Shown: positions 55,850 through 64,000 of the stretch, one piece after another
How the letters are laid out: every line of letters begins with the position of its first letter
Numbering within the stretch: position 1 is the stretch's first letter
NCBI GenBank assembly: GCA_004764695.1
Contig: SMSO01000037.1
Coordinates: forward strand, 4,192,747 to 4,256,746
Length of the DNA stretch: 64,000 nt
Reading direction: 5' to 3'
Origin: Schizochytrium sp. TIO01
Taxonomy: Eukaryota; Protista; Bigyra: Labyrinthulomycetes
Position numbers and translations under genes: made by a program
Notes under the pieces: model-generated
What the model saw: the letters and a program-made list of their open reading frames with translations, nothing else
Databases searched by the model: none
Told to the model about the DNA's origin: nothing

Positions 55850-56504
55850 ATGAACTTGGACCATTATGAGCAGCTGGATGCTCCTCGCGATGCTTCCCAT
55901 GTAGAGTTGCGTAAGAAGTACCACGAACTCGTGCTCGTTTATCATCCAGACAAAAATACAGGCCCAGCAGGGGATTCCGGCCAAATGGTGGCTAAATTCC
56001 AGGCAATTCAAGATGCATGGGCAATTCTTGGAGATGTTGAGAAGCGAAAGGACTATGATGCACAGCTTTCTGCTCAGGAAGCGCCAGAGGCTGCTGCACA
56101 AGAAGTCGACCTTGATGACCTTGAATGGGACGGTGCTGCACAAATTTTCATTCATACATGCCGCTGTAGTGACAAAATACACATATCTGAGGATGATTTG
56201 GATAAGGTAAGTTCTTGTTGGATAATTCACAATAGCAATGTAACACATAGATTGATAAAAATACCACGTCTAGTATTGAAAAAGTTTAATTATAAGGGCG
56301 AAACATTCTCTAAATATTATCCATGTAATGGCAAGGAATGTGAATATTAACAATAAGTGGTACAACCTTTGCGAATGCTCATACACGTTTTAATGCTAAT
56401 GATTCAATGCGCAGGGTTGTGAGATTTTTGAATGTCCAAGTTGTTGCCTCCGTATCCGTGTCGCATTTCAAGTCGATGAGGAGGCTGATGATGAAGCCCG
56501 TTGA
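55850..56504 (+). CDS. DPH4: Diphthamide biosynthesis protein 4 (J-domain + CSL zinc finger); exons 55850-56206 and 56415-56504
   Basis: J-domain YHPDK; CRC in exon 1; splicing supplies the missing CPSCCL half of the CSL finger (exon 2 = GCEIFECPSCCLRIRVAFQVDEEADDEAR*). Confidence 0.9.
56207..56414 (+). other. Spliceosomal intron (phase 0) in DPH4
   Basis: AAG|GTAAGT donor, GCTAAT branch-like motif at 56395-56400, GCGCAG| acceptor, AT-rich; removal restores the domain. Confidence 0.88.
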
Positions 56505-59290
56505 GCTGGAGAAAGCATTCGATTCAGAAGCGAGGCCTGCTCCCTGCAAGAAGTATCCGGATCGCGCTGCATGACAAGTTGCACCCATTCCTTAGAATCT
56601 CCAATACTTGCTAACCAGTCGTCATCTTCTGAAAGAACTGCCACAGGGACCACTAATAGAATTTGTGCTAAGGAAAATAAGGCTGCTCGACGGATTTGCG
56701 CGTCATCATGGCGACGCAAGCTCCATAGAATTTTGTACAAGGCCCGGCCCATTCGACTAGTATCTGGAGCATGTTGTGCTGCTGCTAAAATGGATGCAAG
56801 TGCAAATAGGAACTTCGCCAGAACTATCGGCTCTTGCATTCCGGGAGTTTTTAAAGTAGCAAGACCACTATTGAGCAAAGGGTAAAAGAACACAGGACCG
56901 GCTAATCCTGAAAACCTACTCTTGCGCTCAATTGGGGCAGGAGTTTTGCGTTGCCCCCAACGTCGTATGACTCGTCCTACCTGTTTAATAGGTGGTTTGA
57001 CCATGTTACTTCCTGCTGGGATCTCCCCTGTTTCGGACAATACATCTTGCTCCTGGAACGCTCTAGATGTGCCCTTTTGTAAACCCTGTGCACCTAAAAC
57101 GAGCGCCTCCAATGCACAGATACGAACCGAAATAAAAGTTGCTCGTTCTTGCGTAGCTTCGGCGATAAGTACACTAGCTGCTGCAGGTGGCGCCGTTTCG
57201 ATAAGAGCCACTAAGGCCTGCATACGGGAGTCCGCAAACCCATGTTGACTAAATTTATTTTCCAAGTGTAAAAGGAGATGGGTTAGCTCGCCAGCAGACC
57301 GGTTTAGATCTGCAGGACGCCTATATATTAGGTTTGCAAGACCTTGCAAACTCGCTTGAAAAGATGCAAACTCCTTCCCTTCTTGAAATACTTTTATAGC
57401 ATCGTGTAAGTAAAATGGTAGTAGTGATTCATCGATTTCGTTTCCTTCGTCTATTCCACTTTGCTCCTGATCTCTGGAGCCCGCCTCGGGCACCCCTACA
57501 TGCCGTGAGGGAGCATCTTCGTCATCGCTATCATGCTCTGAATCGTCATCGTCATCATCACTACTGTCATCCCAGATATTGTAGGACTTGGTTGGTTTTG
57601 CTACGGTTCCAGACATTTCCTCAACTGCTTTTTCAGCTGCAGAGGATTCTGTTTGTTGTGACGCGAAAGCAAAATTATCGCCCTCAACTTCATCACCATT
57701 AGTTTCGCTTCCCTCCTCTAAATCAGTATCAATGTCCCAAAACAATTTGCTTCCGGGTGGTGCAAATAAGAATCCTGGCATTGACTCAATTTCCTGAAAC
57801 ACCAAAGGGTGTTCAGGACTTGAGATTTTTGAGATTTGGACAGCCATAAGCATGCCTAATATGCGGATATCAGGGTTTGCAGCTTCGAGATAATGTTGCA
57901 CCCCTGTGACCACTCGCAAAAGTACTCCAGATTGGTGAATCTCCTTTGCGTTCATAAGCAGTAAGAGATTATACAATGCTCCACTTACGAACGAAAGGGT
58001 TTCTAAATCACTATTTGACACAAACGAGCGATCACTCCAAATACTAGCAATATGGCGAGTTTGATCAAGAAAGATATTTGCCTTGGATTGGCCTTTTGAA
58101 TCAATCTGCTCTTTAATGGATACTTCTCTCAGGTAATGGGTCAAACCCCAAAGAGCAGCACGTGGAATTGTACGAGGTCGCAGGAATAGTTTACGGAAGG
58201 CAAAGTCTTGCATATGACCTGACTTACGTATTGATTCAAAAGGGAAGATTTTGCTTACAAGGTCTTTTGCATCGCCCGGGGTTTTGCACGCAGCTCCGCT
58301 TATCCGCAAAATAGCCTTCCACAAAGTCTCGCGGGAGTTCAGGGGGAGTGACTCCAGGATAGTTGCATGGCCCAACAGTGTACTCTCCCTTACTAAAACC
58401 CTGGCAACTACATCACTTTGACCAATAGCCACCCATTTAGCTATGAGCTGGTTTTGGACATTTGTAATATTCGAGATATCCTGCGAAAAGAGAGAATGAA
58501 TTACAAACTCAAAGTATTTGAGCCGGTCAAACGCAAATGCTTTATTAGCAAGAGGGCCACAGAGATAGTCAGGAAGACTGGCAAGGGTTTTTACTAGTTC
58601 TTCAGGTAACCCGATTGCTTCCGCGACACTGGCAAGGCTTTTGAGATTTCTGTGCTCCAAAATAGCAGGTGCTAGAAACCTGCTGGCAAGGGCAAATGTG
58701 TGACGTCTAACAATGTCATCAGCTCCGTGCCCTCCCGTTCCTAACCCCAGCCTCTGCGCATTACGTTCTCGTTCTTGACTAATCTGTCTGTGCAAGGCTA
58801 TTAGGGTCCTTTGACATCCAAAGAATGCTGCGAGGCACGAAGTGTCTTCTCCCTTGCTACCGGATACCTCTACAGTGAAAAGTTGTGCGAGTCTTTTACG
58901 TTCTTTGTCTGTCATAAGTGTTTCAAAGCTGCCAGCCAAGACTAAAAATTTTGCTTGAACAGATGCCAGGCCTTGTACATATCTCCTCAGAGGTGAAGTT
59001 GCCTTAGCTAGTGACAGTTCAGGCACCTGACGAGGCGTATTATCCTGAGTCTCGCCTTCAAGTTGCGTTGTTCTCCACAGAATAGTTATCTCTTTACTTA
59101 AGGCCCGAAGTTGCTCTAAAAGTTCCAGAACTGCTACAAGGTCGCCGAGGTGTGGTCCGTCAGAATTTAACGCGGCCTTTTCTTTCTCCAGCCCGCTCAC
59201 ACGCTCCTGCGCATCATGGAGAATCTCGAGCAAAGATGCAGAAGCTGCACCAAAAGCCTCTAATTCTCTATCAGCAGAAGCCCTCTCCAT
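56468..59290 (-). CDS. TEL2: Telomere length regulation protein TEL2/TELO2-like (TTT complex)
   Basis: IWSDRSFV, GVQHYLE...IRILGMLMA, an acidic DSSDDDD linker, PFYLHD, LLHLENKF...RMQALVAL, VGRVIRRWG and FFYPLL. The start is uncertain; the ORF extends to an ATG at 59425. Confidence 0.85.
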   Translation of the reverse strand: MERASADRELEAFGAASASLLEILHDAQERVSGLEKEKAALNSDGPHLGDLVAVLELLEQLRALSKEITILWRTTQLEGETQDNTPRQVPELSLAKATSPLRRYVQGLASVQAKFLVLAGSFETLMTDKERKRLAQLFTVEVSGSKGEDTSCLAAFFGCQRTLIALHRQISQERERNAQRLGLGTGGHGADDIVRRHTFALASRFLAPAILEHRNLKSLASVAEAIGLPEELVKTLASLPDYLCGPLANKAFAFDRLKYFEFVIHSLFSQDISNITNVQNQLIAKWVAIGQSDVVARVLVRESTLLGHATILESLPLNSRETLWKAILRISGAACKTPGDAKDLVSKIFPFESIRKSGHMQDFAFRKLFLRPRTIPRAALWGLTHYLREVSIKEQIDSKGQSKANIFLDQTRHIASIWSDRSFVSNSDLETLSFVSGALYNLLLLMNAKEIHQSGVLLRVVTGVQHYLEAANPDIRILGMLMAVQISKISSPEHPLVFQEIESMPGFLFAPPGSKLFWDIDTDLEEGSETNGDEVEGDNFAFASQQTESSAAEKAVEEMSGTVAKPTKSYNIWDDSSDDDDDDSEHDSDDEDAPSRHVGVPEAGSRDQEQSGIDEGNEIDESLLPFYLHDAIKVFQEGKEFASFQASLQGLANLIYRRPADLNRSAGELTHLLLHLENKFSQHGFADSRMQALVALIETAPPAAASVLIAEATQERATFISVRICALEALVLGAQGLQKGTSRAFQEQDVLSETGEIPAGSNMVKPPIKQVGRVIRRWGQRKTPAPIERKSRFSGLAGPVFFYPLLNSGLATLKTPGMQEPIVLAKFLFALASILAAAQHAPDTSRMGRALYKILWSLRRHDDAQIRRAALFSLAQILLVVPVAVLSEDDDWLASIGDSKEWVQLVMQRDPDTSCREQASLLNRMLSPAQRASSSASSST

Positions 59291-60848
59291 GTTTAAGATG
59301 TCTTGCTCAGTCCCTCGCTGTTGCTCGGAGGCACAAATGATTTTAAAAAATCGCTCAAGAGACCTGTTCGTATGCAGATGGCCACGGTGATTGTGCGCGC
59401 GGTTCTTTCTATGTTTGTATCTCATACCCCTTCAAGCAGAGGTTAAACAAAATGAATGGAGAAAATAAAAAGTTATACCTAGGTAGTATGATAGATGAAT
59501 ACTAGTTTCAAGTACTAAATACAAACAAATCCATAAGATTGTGAATATTAATCTAGAGCATTAATAACCTGTGTATCAAGTCAGAACTAGATGAATGTGT
59601 GAGAGTCCCAAACTCTTACCTTTATTGTGGTGCCCACCTATTAAATCAGAAGTTGTACTCTCAGAAGGTTGAGGTGAAGTGCAGGTCGTTCTTCCTTATA
59701 TTGAGAACCAGTGAATATTAAATTGTGAGATCGTTCAAAGCTTCCTCCAGGATCTCTAGATGAATTCCAATCAATAGAGTATCTTAAAATACAAGCCGGT
59801 TGGATTCTGGTGCTTACACGACTTTGCAGTCGTACCAAAATTAGAACTAGCAGTATCTTCTAATTTTTCAAAGGGGGGACTTCTTGTTCTATTCAACATA
59901 CAGAATTAGTAGATCAATGAAAGACCACATTATCAACAAACAAAACAACCAAGTATTAACATTGCATTGTTTATCCATGGCCGAGTCTTCCGTTTCGCTT
60001 CATGTTCTGCAGCTCGAAGCTCTCTTTTTCAAGGTTTCCTTTAATTATTATTCAAGATCTAAAGTTCTGAAGTAGCGTTTCACAACTCAAATTCACACTC
60101 ATTTTTTCGTTTCTATTCTAAAAGCTACACAGAATGAGGTCAAGGTGAGGCTTGTAAGAGTTTAGCACTCAGAAAGGAGCAAGATCTCAGCAATTGCAAA
60201 TAAATTAACTGTAGAATTTGAGGTGATGTGTTTGTTGCACTACATCATACATCGTAAAATAATTTAAAAATAAAGATGGTGGACAGACGACAGAGTCGAC
60301 CTAAAGAGGTGAGTTGAAATTTTGAGGAGTATGTGACAAGAATCACTTAATTATCGCAAACAAAAAAATCTATTCGATATCAAAGCGACAGGAAAAGGAT
60401 GACAACTATTTGTGTAGGCAATACTGCTGTAGTAAGTTGCTTTTCCACAAGGTGAAGTCGTAGTTCAAATGTATCATGTCTTAACTACCCAATGAAGTCC
60501 AAAAGTATAGTCAGCCTGGCGAAGCGCATTTTGATATGGGCTATGAAGATATATCGATAAGCAGGTGGAGTTCTTTCTCATCTTTTGACCCAGGCGCTAG
60601 TAAAGTCTGATAGTGGGTTAGTCGTCGTAAGGTATGAAGATTCGGTCTAAGCGTTACTAGGCCTAGTTAGGCAATTATCCCTCTTCCTTTTCATTCAAGT
60701 TTGTTCATGGTCAAGAGGGCACTAAGTAGTATCGGCTAAATCCCTAGTCGCTACTAATTAGAGATTGCTGGTAAAAGAACTCTTGCTTCTTTCCGGTAGT
60801 AGTCAGGTATTGCAAATCTCCGTGCATCGAGTCCGCAGGCCCAGCACC

Positions 60849-63800
60849 ATGGGTGCTACTCTGAGCAGCCTGAGGTGGCTTGCGCTCGGGCTTTACCACG
60901 CACCACTCTCTCTCTTTCCCCTGGACTGGGTCCGCATCCTCGTAGAGGTCTTTGGACTTCAAGTTTCCGCACTCTTGCTGTTTCCTGCGCACAGCTCTTC
61001 CTGTTGCTCGGAAAAAGATAACAAATACTACAAGGATATAGATAAAAGCAGCATAAACTCAAGTTCATCTTGGGCCGTCCGAGTCTACCAGGATCTGTGC
61101 TCTCTGCACGAGACTTGCAGAGTTCTTTGGGGCATCGAGCTTGACAGGCGCATGGAAGAGGCGCTTGTCTACAGAACCCAGAGCAGTAGTAGCAATACTT
61201 TTCTTGCTTTCAACCAGAGTGGATATTACAGTGGTGGTGAATCAGGGCATAGCTTGGGCAACAACCGTGGAGTAGACAACGTAGGAAGCAGTTTGATAAG
61301 GAAACCAAGTGGAAATTGCCTTCGTAGCAATTGTAGTAAAGGTTGGCAATCTCAGGGAGTTGCGAGTGCACTCTTTGGTGGATCACTCTCGGGAACGGTT
61401 TCTCATCTCTTGGGTCGCCATAATAAGCAACATCAAAAGAGCCTCATCCGAAGTGGACTAGCAGGACTTCTTTTATCTCCTTTGACGTGGCTGTTTTGGG
61501 GAGGTAGCTCTACATCCCGGTCTCAATTCGGATTTGGCGTTGGATCTTTGTCGCCAATATCTCCGAGAGTTTTCGGTCTCCCTTCAAGAGCAGACACTAT
61601 GATGAAAATGCAGCAACATGAAGTAGGTCCAGTAAGCAGGGATCTTGTTCTAATTGGAGGCGGTCATGCTCATGCATTTGTGGTGAAAAATATGGGTATG
61701 AAACCCGAACCAGGACTCTCCGTTACCCTCATCACGCCCGAGGTCGACACCCCTTACTCAGGCATGCTCCCAGGCCACATCGCGGGTGTTTACACTCGCG
61801 AAGAATGTCACATTGACCTGGTACGCCTTTGCCAATTCGGACATGTGCGACTTGTGCTAGCTTCAGCCACATCCATTGATCTTGAGAACAAAGTTGTCCA
61901 TCTCGATGACCCCCGAAGACCTCCGATTCGTTACGACGTTCTCTCAATTGATATTGGATCTGCACCGCAGATGCTTGAGGGTTCAGCAGTCGCCTCTGCA
62001 ACATTTACAGCAACACCTGTCAAGCCTATATGGCGCTTTTCTGAGCGCTGGCAATCTCTTGTAGACTGCATCGAAGCCAAGGCAAATCTTGTTAACTCCT
62101 CGTCCGCAGATGCCATGAACGGCAGAAACCAAAAGAAAGATGGTGATATCGCTGATGGTCAGGGAGATGGAAAACGCTGCAGCACTTGCACAGGCTCAAG
62201 AACCTTTCACAATCGCAGTAGTTGGTGCAGGTGCTGGTGGCGTGGAATTGGCCCTGGGAATGCAGCATCGCTTAGAGGGCATTGTACAGGACAAATTAAA
62301 AGTCCAATTTGTGTTAATCAGTAACAAGAATGTCGTATGTCCTTCGCATAACAAAGGTGTTCAGAAGCGTTTTGCAAGAATCCTCAAAGAACGTGGCGTG
62401 AATGTCATTTATGACTTTGAGGTTGTAGGCTTGGAAGAGAAGCGCCTTCGAGCCAAGGATGGACGTATCGTCAATGTTGACGAGTGTATTTGGTGCACAA
62501 ACGCCAAGACGCAGGAGTGGATGGGCGCGTCAGGCCTGGCAGTAGACAAAGGCGGCTTTGTTCGAGTTAAACAAACCCTAGAGTCTGAGGATACACCAAA
62601 TGTTTTTGCTGCAGGTGATTGCGCGAATATGCTCGAACACCCGCGCCCGAAAGCTGGCGTTTTTGCAGTACGTCAAGGCCCACCTCTTGCTGCTAACCTG
62701 CGCCGAGCTATTCGTAATCTGAACCGCCGTTCATCTCAGGCTGCAGAGCCTTTGGAAGAATATATTCCTCAAAAGTCCTTTCTGGGCCTCATTAGCACAG
62801 GCCGACCCTACTGTGTGGCGTCGCGTGGTGAAATGTCCATGGAGGGTAAGTGGCTATGGAAGATGAAGGACTACATTGATCGCAAGTGGATGGCTGGTTT
62901 TACGACGGACCTCCCAGTTATGAACAGTGATCTAGAGAACCACAACAACGAAGACGGTCATGGATCCGAAGCGGATAGTCTTGAGACTTTAACTAAGGCT
63001 TCACTTATGCGATGTGGCGGATGCGGTGCAAAGGTTGGTAAGTCGGTCTTAGACCGTGTCATGCAGAACTTGAACCCACCTACTCGACCAGAGGTTCAAG
63101 TAGGACTTGATGCGCCTGACGATTGTGCTGTTGTACAGTTCGACAATACAAATCCGCGAGCACCTCGTGTTGTGCAGACTGTTGACTTTTTCCGTTCTTT
63201 CATTGACGACCCATTTGTATTTGGTCAGATCGCTGCTAATCATGCCCTAAGCGACTGCCATGCAATGTGCGCAGAAGCTGTCACCGCTATGGCAATCGCT
63301 GTTGTGCCATTTGCCGCAGAGCCTGTTGTTGAAGGTGTCCTCACCCAGCTCATGGCTGGTGCGTCTGTAGCTCTTGAGGAAAGCAAGTGTGCTCTGGTTG
63401 GGGGTCACTCATGTGAAGGAAAGGACCTTGCACTAGGCCTCTCTGTAAGTGGCGTCGTTGAGGCTGGGGATCAACTTCTCACGAAGGGCGGAGTCCAGGA
63501 TGGAGATGCGCTTGTTCTAACAAAGGCAATCGGCACCGGGACGATTTTTGCAGCAAACATGCGTGTCATGGCGAAAGGCAGCTGGGTCCAGAGCGCCATC
63601 AATAGTATGCTTGTTTCAAATAAAGAGGCAGCCATAACAGCCAGAGATCACGATGCAACTGCTTGTACTGACATCACTGGCTTTGGAGTCATGGGCCATC
63701 TTATTGAAATGATGCAAGCAAGTGATTCTGACCTTATTGCCAATGTGGAGGTTGACGAAATTCCCTATCTTGAAGGCGCCATCGAATGTGTGGAATCGGG

Positions 63801-64000
63801 GGTATTCTCTTCTTTGCAACCGCAGAACACTCGCTTAAGGCGCAGTGTTCTCAACCATTCTCAGGCGGCAGCTTCGTTTCCAGCAAAGTATCCCTTGCTC
63901 TACGACCCTCAAACCTCTGGAGGTTTGCTCATCAGCGTTCCTGCCGCACAAGCTGATGGTCTTGTAAAAGCTCTTCAAGAGAAAGGGTACTCCAAGTCTT
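60849..64000 (+). CDS. selD: FAD/NADH oxidoreductase - selenophosphate synthetase (SelD, Cys form) fusion; frame break at ~62120-62195; 3' end outside window
   Basis: First frame: DLVLIGGGHAH, PYSGMLPG, YDVLSIDIGS, TPVKPI. The +1 frame is open from 62119 to the window end and gives IAVVGAGAGGVEL, FAAGDCA, RPKAGVFAVRQG, then the SelD domain MRCGGCGAKVG (63007-63039), DDCAV, QTVDFF, AANHALSD, GGHSCEG, TDITGFG and DPQTSGGLL. Confidence 0.9.

Noticed and set aside
56207-56350. Unspliced C-terminus of the 216-aa ORF 55700-56350
   Set aside because: Intron read-through; the spliced form restores the CSL zinc finger
1-64000. Selenoprotein genes (in-frame TGA with SECIS) near the Sec machinery
   Set aside because: Genes ending in TGA have complete domains before the stop, SelD itself uses Cys, and no CxxU/UxxC candidate was seen by eye; short ones could have been missed

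Overview
Eukaryotic, intron-poor nuclear DNA. It is most likely from a stramenopile protist of thraustochytrid/Labyrinthulomycete type; this is inferred from mostly single-exon genes, abundant tetranucleotide microsatellites, a Sig1/mastigoneme-like gene and an oxidoreductase-fused SelD. The first ~14.7 kb has no recognisable gene. It is microsatellite-rich and holds a ~270-bp element (13329-13610) bounded by 11-bp direct repeats that folds into a rod with a central pseudoknot; I could not assign it to a known family. The remainder carries about 17 protein genes: SDHB, an SDR, a Dictyostelium PdeD/PdeE-like MBL+cNMP phosphodiesterase, a membrane sulfotransferase, a SET-domain protein, an Asp/Asn beta-hydroxylase-like protein, a KHA/DCX-like CAMK-group kinase, an ankyrin protein, a ZBBX-like SAM protein, a Sig1-like EGF protein, an NPF/MIU/PH endocytic-adaptor-like protein, two tandem ABP34-like actin-bundling genes, sideroflexin, spliced DPH4 overlapping TEL2, and a FAD-oxidoreductase-SelD fusion. 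The fusion has a +1 frame break and runs off the window end. Two tRNA genes, invisible to the ORF track, are present: an intron-containing initiator tRNA-Met and a selenocysteine tRNA. All family assignments come from motif recognition by eye, not database searches.
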